Shown here one piece after another: positions 18,649-27,552 of a stretch of 45,982 nt of DNA (position 1 is the stretch's first letter; each line of letters starts with the position of its first letter). The notes under the pieces are model-generated. The model saw only the letters and a list, made by a program, of their open reading frames with translations, was not told the DNA's origin and did no database searches. Where the stretch lies: assembly GCA_027066795.1 (NCBI GenBank), contig JAMONA010000013.1, positions 1 through 45,982 of the forward strand, in the 5' to 3' direction. This DNA is from Candidatus Kaiserbacteria bacterium. Lineage in GTDB: Bacteria; Patescibacteriota; Minisyncoccia; Phycocordibacterales; UBA2100. A program made the position numbers and the translations under genes.

Positions 18649-19218
18649 TTACACCCGAGCTCGTACTTTATCAAGCATCATCTCGGGGTCACTGTCTTTT
18701 AATTTTTTAGATATATTTGTAAATATATAAAAGCTCTTTAGCTTCATACCACAAAATCCAAATACAGACTTACCAAGTGCGTACTTAATAATTGGTTTAT
18801 TTACAAGATAAATTAGAGGTGGGCCATCTGCCGTAGCAAACATCTTAACCACCTTGCCTTCTAGTAGACCTAGAGGCAGGCCTCTCTTGCTATATCTAAA
18901 GGCAAACCCAGCTGTAAAGTTGTTATCTATAAAGTTTTTTAGTATAGCCGGTATTGAAGACCACCATATTGGGTATATAAATACAAGCTCGTCAGCCCAA
19001 GATATGTCAGCTTGTATGAGGTCTCTAGCTTCCTGGCCAGACCACTGATCTTTAACATTTTCAAACTTTAAAAAACCTTGCTGGTAATCTGTATCAGAAT
19101 ATAAGTCTATAACTCGCACCTCTCGACCCTTACCAATAGCCTTATCTTTATATGCCTTTCCTATACTATGTGTAAAACCACTCGCGTTTGGGTGTGCTTT
19201 TATTATTAGTGTATTCAT
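18649..19218 (-). CDS. NAD(P)H-dependent oxidoreductase, flavodoxin-like fold
   Basis: AHP, IDLY, ADELVFIYPIWWSSIPAILKNFID and GFAF. Confidence 0.88.
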   Translation of the reverse strand: MNTLIIKAHPNASGFTHSIGKAYKDKAIGKGREVRVIDLYSDTDYQQGFLKFENVKDQWSGQEARDLIQADISWADELVFIYPIWWSSIPAILKNFIDNNFTAGFAFRYSKRGLPLGLLEGKVVKMFATADGPPLIYLVNKPIIKYALGKSVFGFCGMKLKSFYIFTNISKKLKDSDPEMMLDKVRARV

Positions 19219-19227
19219 ATTTTTATA

Positions 19228-19911
19228 TTATTTTTTAATCTTATAACTCAGATACATAAATGGGGTATCTATAAGAGCTACCACTATCTTTATAACATAT
19301 GTTATAACAAGTACCTCTATAAATGCCTCTGGCGGCACCACACCAGCTAGACCTAGCGAAGCCACCGTCAGTAAACCAAGTGTGGTAAACAATAGCGTAT
19401 CAAGTGCTTGTGATAAAAGTGTAGAGCCTAAGTTGCGCAACCACAGCTTATTGCTAAACCTTCTTTTAAGAGCATCAAATATATATACATCTATATGTTG
19501 TACTATTAGATACGAAAGCATAGAGGCCATAAGTATTCTAGGAGAAAGCGAGAAGAGCGTCTGCATAGAACTATGTGCAAAGTCGTAATCATTAGGCGTA
19601 AAGGCAAGTAAAAACTGTAAAGCCAATACGAAGAAGACACTAGTGAAAAAACCTATACGCACCGCCTGCAAAGCGTCTTTTTTGCTATAATGCTCAGATA
19701 ATAGGTCTGTAATTAAAAATAGTGCACCGTATAAGACATTGCCACCCGTCACAGCATAACCGAATAGGTCAAATTGCTTAAGAACAAATATATTCATAAG
19801 TACTGTAAACATAGCTATGGCAGCAAACAAGTACAACTTACCGAGCTTAAACGCCAGTAGGACAACCACAAGACACAGTACTACAAAACTAAAAAATAAA
19901 ATCTCATTCAT
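19228..19911 (-). CDS. yhhQ: Queuosine precursor transporter (YhhQ/Vut_1 family)
   Basis: Multi-TM protein with FLITDLLSE.Y, R…AS..SY…Q..D, WLRN..ST..SQ..DT..F and K…A..DTP. Confidence 0.85.
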   Translation of the reverse strand: MNEILFFSFVVLCLVVVLLAFKLGKLYLFAAIAMFTVLMNIFVLKQFDLFGYAVTGGNVLYGALFLITDLLSEHYSKKDALQAVRIGFFTSVFFVLALQFLLAFTPNDYDFAHSSMQTLFSLSPRILMASMLSYLIVQHIDVYIFDALKRRFSNKLWLRNLGSTLLSQALDTLLFTTLGLLTVASLGLAGVVPPEAFIEVLVITYVIKIVVALIDTPFMYLSYKIKK

Positions 19912-19948
19912 ATAGAAAAGTATTATACAAAGATATCAAGTTCTTAGC

Positions 19949-20377
19949 TTACCTGACTATGGGCAAGATGTTTCCATTACCACCGATACCACCAGCTAGA
20001 TCATACACTTTTGTAAACTTAAGAGCCTGCATTTTACGTAGTGCTTGCCCAGACCGGTTGCCACTCTGGCAGTATATAAAGTACACTGAGTCTTTATCCA
20101 ACGCATTAATTTGTTCTGTGAAGTCATCAGCATAAAAGTCTATCATTTCAGCGCCATCATAGTGCCCCGCCTCATACTCTCCTGGCGTGCGTACATCTAT
20201 GAGTCTAGCGCCCGTACTCTTAGCTGCAGACCATTCACTTACAAATTGCTCTTTACTTATAGTGCCTGAGGATACCTTATTTGTAGACTCATTGCCCTCT
20301 TGACCTGAGACACCGTAAACAACAGCGCCAATTACGATACATACACACACTCCTAAGCCAAAAATTATATACTTCAT
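19949..20377 (-). CDS. Membrane-anchored rhodanese-like protein
   Basis: LIDVRTPGEY..GH, YCQSGNRS and LAGG. Confidence 0.9.
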   Translation of the reverse strand: MKYIIFGLGVCVCIVIGAVVYGVSGQEGNESTNKVSSGTISKEQFVSEWSAAKSTGARLIDVRTPGEYEAGHYDGAEMIDFYADDFTEQINALDKDSVYFIYCQSGNRSGQALRKMQALKFTKVYDLAGGIGGNGNILPIVR

Positions 20378-20542
20378 AAATTTATTATATTTAAATTATA
20401 ATATACCATAACTATTCTGCTTTTATAGTACGCACTGCACTAGTCTAATAATTTTATACCGAGGCATGCCTCTGCTAATTCTAAATACTTGCGCTATATA
20501 AAAACTAAGGTAAAATATCGCTACCAATATTTTTTGGATATT

Positions 20543-20616
20543 GGGCCAGTAGCTCAGTTGGCTAGAGCGCCTCACTTGCACTGAGGAGGCCGGGGGTTCG
20601 AGTCCTCTCTGGTCCA
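20543..20616 (+). tRNA. tRNA-Ala(TGC)
   Basis: Cloverleaf with acceptor GGGCCAG/CTGGTCC (G3:U70), anticodon arm CCTCA-CTTGCAC-TGAGG and T loop TTCGAGT. CCA is not encoded. Confidence 0.97.
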
Positions 20617-20797
20617 CAATCCACAAGCTCGTAATGCATAGCATTGCGGGCTTTTGTGGTTGTGAGACCAGAGAGGACTCGAAAGACGGAGCTGGTATAC
20701 AAGACGAGCTATTTATGGCGAGTGCTTGTCAGCGAGTCAGGGCAGGAGCCACTTAGTATTTTGCCAAGCAAAATGGTTAGTGAGCTGCGCCGAGTCC
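20597..20797. repeat. tRNA-linked palindromic element
   Basis: 20666-20683 is the exact reverse complement of tRNA nt 20597-20614. It is followed by a GGACTCG…CGAGTCC-bounded segment with internal hairpins. Confidence 0.75.
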
Positions 20798-20823
20798 CAT
20801 GGACCCATAACATCTTATTAACA

Positions 20824-20872
20824 TCAAGCACTTTACAGCCGTCAAAATAGTCTCTGTGGTTGATTGTCCACA
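20824..20872 (+). repeat. 49-bp dispersed inverted repeat, copy A
   Basis: 45/49 identical to the reverse complement of 27475-27523. Confidence 0.9.
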
Positions 20873-20938
20873 TTTAGTCAGCTTAAAATGGGCGTATAAC
20901 ACTATTAAGAAGTATTTTGCAAGTTATGCACAAGTACC

Positions 20939-21970
20939 TTACTTATTACCACTCATAGCCAACTCTACTATATGCTCTAAGAAGTCTTTAAGGCTTGAAC
21001 CTATCGTATCAAGCGACTTGGGTAATAGTGATTGCTCTGTAAGCCCTGGCAGTGTATTAACCTCTAAGAAGTACAGACCATGCGGAGAGAGTATAAAGTC
21101 TGAGCGCGAGTAGTGTGCCAAGTCTAACGCTATATGCACAGCCTTAGCGGCCTCCTCTATCTGTGCCTTCTCCTCTCTAGTAAAGTCAGCAGGGCATATC
21201 TCTTGTGCGCATAACTGTGCATCTGTAGAGTACTTAGCGTCGTAGTCAAATATGGTCTTACCTGTTGGGGTAATTATCTCTACGGGTGGCAACGCATAGT
21301 GCTGTTGATCTCTATAATTCTCTACTACGCCACAAGTGGTCTCTCTACCCTTTATGAGTTGCTCTACCAGCACCTGATTGTCTGTGGTGTGCTCTGCGAC
21401 ACTCCTTATTGCCTCCGGTAACTCTATAATGCTGTTGGCTATGGTAAGGCCCACCGATGAGCCACCACTGGCTGGCTTAACAATGTACGGTGGGCCGAAT
21501 CTTTTAAATATATCTTGAGCTATCGAATTATAGTTTTTGCCTCGCTGAAGCTCGACACCTTCGCCCGCAGGCTCGGCGTCGTCTTCCCTGACTACAAAAT
21601 GCTCAGGAAATTTAATCATAGACAAGCCTGCAACTGCAAACCTTGTCCGTGGCTTGTGCATAGCAAGGGCAGAGGCATACGCGTCTGAGCCAGTATATGG
21701 CAGCCCGACCTTATCTAATATCCTCTGTACTGTGCCGTCCTCACCGTAAGCACCATGTAGTGCTATAACTGCCACATCTGCACTCAAAAGGGCCTGTGTA
21801 GGAGACATCTCTACACCGTTACGATGCCAATTACCAGACCTATCTATGAGTATATCTAATACTTTATATGAGCCGTCTAGTGCATTTATAATAGCTGCCC
21901 CACTCTTCAAAGAGACTTCATACTCACTAGATGGCCCACCACGTAGCACTGCTATGGTTAAATCACTCAT
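20939..21970 (-). CDS. ddl: D-alanine--D-alanine ligase
   Basis: GGPSSEYEVSL.SG, LHG.YGEDG, VKP..GGSS.G, FDYDAKY and LEVNTLPGLT. Confidence 0.96.
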   Translation of the reverse strand: MSDLTIAVLRGGPSSEYEVSLKSGAAIINALDGSYKVLDILIDRSGNWHRNGVEMSPTQALLSADVAVIALHGAYGEDGTVQRILDKVGLPYTGSDAYASALAMHKPRTRFAVAGLSMIKFPEHFVVREDDAEPAGEGVELQRGKNYNSIAQDIFKRFGPPYIVKPASGGSSVGLTIANSIIELPEAIRSVAEHTTDNQVLVEQLIKGRETTCGVVENYRDQQHYALPPVEIITPTGKTIFDYDAKYSTDAQLCAQEICPADFTREEKAQIEEAAKAVHIALDLAHYSRSDFILSPHGLYFLEVNTLPGLTEQSLLPKSLDTIGSSLKDFLEHIVELAMSGNK

Positions 21971-22004
21971 TGGCAATATTATAACATAAAGCCGTGGCCC
22001 GCTT

Positions 22005-23261
22005 TTAACGACTTAGCCACTGTGCCTCTTGCCTTACCAGCAACTCTGATGCTTTATCGGGCTCTGCCATAATCTCCTTAACAGCCTTCTCTAGGCGCAG
22101 CTTACCTTGTGAGCTCTTTACCAGTACTACATCACTCTCTTGTAGCTGCTGTGCTAGCAGTGCTCCGACTTCTGTAGCCTTGTCTGTATCATACGAATAT
22201 ACCTTTGCGCTACTTAGCCCCTCACTGATAGCCGCCTCCCCTAGCCTCTTAGCCTCTGGGCCTACAGTGTATAGCTCGTCTACTACATGTGCAGCTTGTA
22301 CACCCGCCCTCCGATGCTCTTTAGCTGTGTGCTCTCCAAGTTCGCGCATGTCTCCGAGTACGGCTATCTTACGACCACTAACCTCTAGGTCACCAATAGC
22401 TGCTAATGCTGCTGCCATAGCCGTTGGCGAAGAATTGTACGAGTCATCTATGATAACGCTACCGTTTTTACCGTCTAAGAGCCTCATGCGCCCCGGCGTC
22501 TTAGGCATTTGCTCTAATGCATTAATAGCGTCTTCTGTATCCACTCCAAATACCTCTGCAGTATGTAGTGCAAATGCTATAGACAAACCTTGGTGCTCGC
22601 CAAGTATGCCCGGCATGTTTACCGTATACTCACCAATGTTAAAATTCATACCTACAGGCTTGCTACCTACGTAAACTACATCTGCGCCGTCACTACTTAC
22701 TCTTATAGTCTCTCCGTGCGGGTTGTTAAGGGTTGTCACGTGCTCGTCTGGCCCAGTCATAAGTAAACCACCCTCAACGATAGAGCTTAACAACTCCCCT
22801 TTTTCTTTGAGTACTGCTTCTACAGTAGGGTAAAATTCCACATGCACTGGCACCTCTGGCACCGCAGTAATTATAACAACCTCTGCATCTATCCACTTGG
22901 CAAGGCTCGCAATGTCACCAGGCTTGTCTGCACCTACCTCGAGCACTAACACCTCCTCGTAACTCTTGCTAAACATTGCAAACCAAAAACCTTTTATAAT
23001 ATTGTAGAGCCATACAGCAGGATTGTTCCACCCGTTGGGCAGGCCAAGTATCGTAAGCGGTACTCCAAACTCTGTATTAAACGTCTTAGGACTCTTGCGT
23101 ACAGTGTATTTTGCACTCAGGGCTGCAGCCACAGCATCTTTAGTGCCAGTCTTACCGAGACTACCAGTAATCGCCACCACCCTTGGCTTATGCCTACGCA
23201 GTATAAACTTAGCCTCAAGCGTGAGTAAATATATAATTATTATTTTAAAATATTCCTTCAT
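22005..23261 (-). CDS. murF: UDP-MurNAc-tripeptide--D-Ala-D-Ala ligase
   Basis: ITGS.GKT.TK, N.E.GVPLT, GRM, DDSYN.SP and VLGDM.ELG. Confidence 0.93.
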   Translation of the reverse strand: MKEYFKIIIIYLLTLEAKFILRRHKPRVVAITGSLGKTGTKDAVAAALSAKYTVRKSPKTFNTEFGVPLTILGLPNGWNNPAVWLYNIIKGFWFAMFSKSYEEVLVLEVGADKPGDIASLAKWIDAEVVIITAVPEVPVHVEFYPTVEAVLKEKGELLSSIVEGGLLMTGPDEHVTTLNNPHGETIRVSSDGADVVYVGSKPVGMNFNIGEYTVNMPGILGEHQGLSIAFALHTAEVFGVDTEDAINALEQMPKTPGRMRLLDGKNGSVIIDDSYNSSPTAMAAALAAIGDLEVSGRKIAVLGDMRELGEHTAKEHRRAGVQAAHVVDELYTVGPEAKRLGEAAISEGLSSAKVYSYDTDKATEVGALLAQQLQESDVVLVKSSQGKLRLEKAVKEIMAEPDKASELLVRQEAQWLSR

Positions 23262-23263
23262 TG

Positions 23264-24196
23264 TTACTTGATTATGGTTACCTCCTCCTCTAGTTCAAGG
23301 CCGAACTTTTCTTTTACTTTTCTTTTTATAATATCTCTTAATTCTAGCACCTCTTTTTGAGTCGCTACTCCGGTATTTACAATATAGTTAGCCTGCTGCT
23401 CACTACACAGAGCACCGTCAACACTTGTACCCTTGAGGTCACACTGGTCTATAAGCCAGCCTGCTGGCACTCTGTCACCTCTACACTCTACTCCTTTATC
23501 TACCTCAAACATTTTTATAACATCAGGATACGCAGCACACTCCGGATTCTTAAAGAAAGACCCAGCACAAGCCACATCTTGCAAGTGTCTCTTGGTCCTC
23601 TCAGCAACCACCTCATCACATTTAGTTAATACATCTTCTGTATCGACCCTTTTTACAAGTGCAAATACAGCAGTAAGAACCACCCACTGCGGGTGCTGTT
23701 TAAAATAGCTTGTTCTGTAGCCAAACTCGCACTCTTTGTTAGTAAAGTCTCGGACCTCTCCTGTTTGTAAGTTGAGCGCCTGCACTTTAGTAAGAACATC
23801 CTTAACCTCAGTACCGAACGCCCCAGCGTTACCCCTCACAGCGCCACCCACTGAGCCAGGTATGCCACACATAGACTCCCAGCCACTAAGGCCAGCCTTT
23901 GCACTCTCTCTTATAGTATCTATAAGACGTGCTCCAGCTTGTACAATCACCTTGTTGCTATATATCTTTAAATCTCCACTTGTTATATGTACCACCAGGC
24001 CATCAAAACCGTTATCTGGCAAAAGTACATTACTGCCGCCTGCAAGTATTAAGAACTTAATCCTCTGCTCTGTAGCATAAGCAAGAGCCTCTCGTAAACC
24101 AGACTCATCACTAACCTCTATAAAGTATTTGGCCTCACCGCCAATATTAAAACTGGTGTACTTGGCTAAATTTATATTTTCTTTAACCTCTATCAT
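23264..24196 (-). CDS. murB: UDP-N-acetylenolpyruvoylglucosamine reductase
   Basis: GGSNVL, GIPGSVGGA..NAGAFG, FGYRTS, AGSFFKNP and LE.E. Confidence 0.96.
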   Translation of the reverse strand: MIEVKENINLAKYTSFNIGGEAKYFIEVSDESGLREALAYATEQRIKFLILAGGSNVLLPDNGFDGLVVHITSGDLKIYSNKVIVQAGARLIDTIRESAKAGLSGWESMCGIPGSVGGAVRGNAGAFGTEVKDVLTKVQALNLQTGEVRDFTNKECEFGYRTSYFKQHPQWVVLTAVFALVKRVDTEDVLTKCDEVVAERTKRHLQDVACAGSFFKNPECAAYPDVIKMFEVDKGVECRGDRVPAGWLIDQCDLKGTSVDGALCSEQQANYIVNTGVATQKEVLELRDIIKRKVKEKFGLELEEEVTIIK

Positions 24197-24216
24197 GTCT
24201 ACACTATTATAGCGTA

Positions 24217-24654
24217 CTACTCTGCAGATATTACTAGTTTTACCTTAGTGGTTTTATCTCCATTTATCAGCTGCACCTCATGCTCACCAGTCTCTTTAAT
24301 AGGCTCTTGTAGGACTATGGCTGTTATAGGTAGCTCTACTATAGAGTCGGCTATTGCCTCTTGAAGCTTGACTGCTGTAATACCTTCAAATAACCCTCCG
24401 TCTTCATTAGCCTTAGCTAATATACTTATGCCCTCCTTTTTTATCTTAGCTATAGCCTTAGTTAGGTCATCACCTTCTTGCTCTAGTATTGCCTTGTTTG
24501 CGCTCTGCTTATTCTCTAAGTTTGCCAATTTACCTGGGGTCGCCATCTCCATTACTCCCTTGCGTATAAGGTGTGCGGCGTGACCATTAGGCACCTCCTT
24601 AACATCAAACTTTTTACCCATTTTTGCGACATCTTGTAGTAATATAACCTTCAT
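24217..24654 (-). CDS. rplI: 50S ribosomal protein L9
   Basis: MKVILLQDV..MGK…EV.NG.A, G.LF and PIK..GEH.V. Confidence 0.93.
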   Translation of the reverse strand: MKVILLQDVAKMGKKFDVKEVPNGHAAHLIRKGVMEMATPGKLANLENKQSANKAILEQEGDDLTKAIAKIKKEGISILAKANEDGGLFEGITAVKLQEAIADSIVELPITAIVLQEPIKETGEHEVQLINGDKTTKVKLVISAE

Positions 24655-24739
24655 ATTGTATTATTTCTTTAACTAATTTAGTAATTATTTCAGTAATAGT
24701 ACACTCTAATATACTATTTAACAAGTTATAAAAATGTAC

Positions 24740-24952
24740 AAAAAAACACTGCGTGAACAGCGTCTTCATGTTGGGTCGTCTTCACCTCAGAGTAAACTAA
24801 GATGGAAATGAACACCATGGCATCTACTTTAATCCTACACAAGTGCAAAACAAACTAGACACCATGGCAGTCACTTCTGATTCCGGAGAACCCTAAACAA
24901 CCACCATATCATTCAGTATCAATTAGCAAGCTAATGGTCAACTGAACGATAC
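24740..24952 (-). ncRNA. Candidate structured sRNA (about 210 nt, possibly 6S-like)
   Basis: TTGCAT-N16-TAGAAT promoter (24985-24958), 5' hairpin, long G.U-rich rod and a hairpin+U7 terminator. No convincing ORF. Confidence 0.6.
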
Positions 24953-25047
24953 GATACATTCTATCAGCACTAAGAAATGATGCAACCCTTAAAATAACCA
25001 CACTATAACTTAATGCAAGCGTCAAATAGATTATAAAGACACAGGCC

Positions 25048-27414
25048 TTATATCTCTATTTCACAAGTACCGCCTGTACAAGCAAGTTCTTTTTTCAAAT
25101 CTGTCTCATCCTTCAACTCATATAGCGACAGTTTAGAAAAATCTATATTTTTAGTATTCTTAATAAGCTCCTCATACTTATCTTTTGTTATCTCTTGCAT
25201 TGGTGCAAGCTGGTAAACATGGTCATTACGTGGCAAGAACGAGAGCCCTCCGACAATATCCCAATGCTCGTATACCCAGTTTGCTACAGCTATCCACTCA
25301 TTGTCTCCTACTGATATTGTAATTGATGGATTGTGTTCTGTATAATTCTCCTTGACTAGCTTCCAATGCTCGAGTTGATCTAGTGCAGTCATATCAGCTG
25401 TTACCTTGGCTCCAGACGGAGCTTTAATACCAAACTCTAATACATATGTTGTAGCATTCTCAAGACTTTGCCCTACTTCTGGGTGATATGGTACACCTTG
25501 GTCCTTAAGCATCTTAAATAGTGAGTCAGATGCAGCTATGCGTATACGCTGCACATAATACGGAGCGAAACGTGCATGCATGCCACTAGATGCATCTAGT
25601 GTCTTAGATGTTGTACCCGATGGCTTTACAGCAGTGATTGCAGTAGACGGATTGATACCAAGCCTCTCAGCATACTTCTTATTGGTTCGTATTGTTATGT
25701 CCTTCATCTTTTTTAGCACCTTTGGGTCTCGCACAGTAGGCGAATCCCATTGACCCGTTATACTAACACCCAGCAGACGCTCATCTTCTACATTTCTACT
25801 CCAATCTTTAGATATGTATCCAAACTTAGTAAGAGACGCCTGATACGTACCCAATATAGTGGCTATACGCGCCTTGTGCAGTAATGACTTCTCGTCATCA
25901 TCCTTACGAGCTATAACCTCAGTCAAGTTACAAAACTGCTTAGATTGCAATATTATCTCACCACAAGGGTTAGTACCGAGCGGCCCCAAGTCACCGTTAG
26001 TGCTACCGAGCTTCTCATGTATGTAGTCTACTCTTCTCTTTGGCATTTGAGTCTTCTGTGCTCCTCTGTTGAATATACCACGCTCACCTGAGCCACTCTG
26101 CATAAGTGCTACCCATTCATTCATAAACTCAGATGCTGATGGCTTCTCATTATATATCGCAGAGTTATTAGCCATAGAGCGCTGAGGGTGCTGCACATAG
26201 AATTGACCATTCTTAGCTTCGCGCATATCTCTATCATCTAAATCTGAGAGGCTTATCATAGCGCTACGGCGCACACCTCCTGCAACTACAACTTCAGCTA
26301 TCTTGCACATCACATCGTGTACATCTATATTGGCCAAACGTTTACCTTGCCTAGATAAAATCTTCTCTCGAGAGAATACTAGCAACTGACGCAAGGGGTC
26401 TGGGCCCGAACTCTTACCACCCATTGTCTTAAGACGAGCTCCTGCTGGACGCAATTTAGAATAGTCAAAATCTATGTCCTCTCCTGCATACCAAGTCTTA
26501 AGACCAATTGTGAGTGCATCACACCAACCCTCTTTAGAGTCATCTATTACATGTGTGCCTTTGTGCACATCTTGTTGACGCTTAATCTGTGGCAACTTCT
26601 GCACTGTCTCACTCTCTACGGAGTAGCCGACTCCTGTACCACTCATAGAGAGGTACATGGCCTCGGCGAAGTCCTTTATCTTAGTAGGGGCTAGGTAAGA
26701 GCAGTTGTAAGCAACTACATTACACCTACGTGCGGCGTCACCTGCAAATTGTAGCAAGCGCATAGACGGCATAACCTCCTGATTAAGTATCGCCTCTCTC
26801 ACCTCCTTATACTCCTTATCTGTAAGCTTTTTACCAAGATTCTCTCTCATAAAGCTCATGTACCTGTCTATAGTCTCTACCCATGTCTCTCTCCGGCCCT
26901 CTGCAGGTATCCACTTGGCATAGCTACGCATGAAGACAAACTCCCCAAACTTATTATTTTTAAAGTACCTCTCACTATCCTTTACAAGCTGCTTCACATG
27001 CTCTGGTACCTCCACCTGCACCTCACGCTCCTTGGCTCTCTCGGCCCTGTATAATATATATGCTTTAGCCGTAGCTACATAATCAGAGAGTATAAGTTGC
27101 TTCTCTACTTCGTCTTGTACACCCTCTACACTTGGTACAAAATCCTTATGTTTACGAGCAACTCGTACTAGGTCTCCAGCCACCTGGTGTGCCACCATAG
27201 TGGCCTCCTCTAGTGAGCCCTCACCAGTAGCTATCATAGCTCGGTGAGTTGCCCTTACCAACTTATCAAAACCAAAAGGCACTAGTGTACCATTGCGTTT
27301 TTTAACTTGTTTTATAAATTTCCTGTACTGAGTACCTTTGTTGTCATTACCCTTTTTACTAGAGGGTTTCTTAGACACAGCTCCCTTAGTTGAAGTCTTT
27401 TTTGTCATGCGCAC
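25048..27414 (-). CDS. nrdJ: Class II (adenosylcobalamin-dependent) ribonucleotide reductase with N-terminal ATP cone
   Basis: VKKRNG ATP cone, R.ETW.ET, MPSMR, YNCSY, GGVRRSA, thiyl-radical TNPCGE, VKPSGT and C-terminal CTGGTC. No nrdB nearby. Confidence 0.9.
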   Translation of the reverse strand: MRMTKKTSTKGAVSKKPSSKKGNDNKGTQYRKFIKQVKKRNGTLVPFGFDKLVRATHRAMIATGEGSLEEATMVAHQVAGDLVRVARKHKDFVPSVEGVQDEVEKQLILSDYVATAKAYILYRAERAKEREVQVEVPEHVKQLVKDSERYFKNNKFGEFVFMRSYAKWIPAEGRRETWVETIDRYMSFMRENLGKKLTDKEYKEVREAILNQEVMPSMRLLQFAGDAARRCNVVAYNCSYLAPTKIKDFAEAMYLSMSGTGVGYSVESETVQKLPQIKRQQDVHKGTHVIDDSKEGWCDALTIGLKTWYAGEDIDFDYSKLRPAGARLKTMGGKSSGPDPLRQLLVFSREKILSRQGKRLANIDVHDVMCKIAEVVVAGGVRRSAMISLSDLDDRDMREAKNGQFYVQHPQRSMANNSAIYNEKPSASEFMNEWVALMQSGSGERGIFNRGAQKTQMPKRRVDYIHEKLGSTNGDLGPLGTNPCGEIILQSKQFCNLTEVIARKDDDEKSLLHKARIATILGTYQASLTKFGYISKDWSRNVEDERLLGVSITGQWDSPTVRDPKVLKKMKDITIRTNKKYAERLGINPSTAITAVKPSGTTSKTLDASSGMHARFAPYYVQRIRIAASDSLFKMLKDQGVPYHPEVGQSLENATTYVLEFGIKAPSGAKVTADMTALDQLEHWKLVKENYTEHNPSITISVGDNEWIAVANWVYEHWDIVGGLSFLPRNDHVYQLAPMQEITKDKYEELIKNTKNIDFSKLSLYELKDETDLKKELACTGGTCEIEI

Positions 27415-27451
27415 TTACTTAATTATTAATCACCTTTCGTAAATATAGTAT

Positions 27452-27467
27452 ACACCCAATAGCTAGA
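27452..27467. promoter_or_regulatory. Possible NrdR box next to the nrdJ -10 (TATACT)
   Basis: ACACCCAATAGCTAGA partly matches acaCwAtATaTwGtg. Only one box is seen. Confidence 0.3.
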
Positions 27468-27474
27468 CTTGAGT

Positions 27475-27523
27475 TGTGGACAATCAACTAGAGAGATTAT
27501 TTTGACGGCTGTAAAGTACTTGA
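27475..27523 (-). repeat. 49-bp dispersed inverted repeat, copy B (in divergent nrdJ/sRNA promoter region)
   Basis: Its reverse complement matches 20824-20872 at 45/49 positions. Confidence 0.9.
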
Positions 27524-27552
27524 CATCATAAAGACAAAGGGTATTATACGCG

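Noticed and set aside
20423..21113. Short ORFs of 68-85 aa around tRNA-Ala
   Set aside because: They overlap the tRNA, the palindromic element or ddl antisense, with no coding signals.
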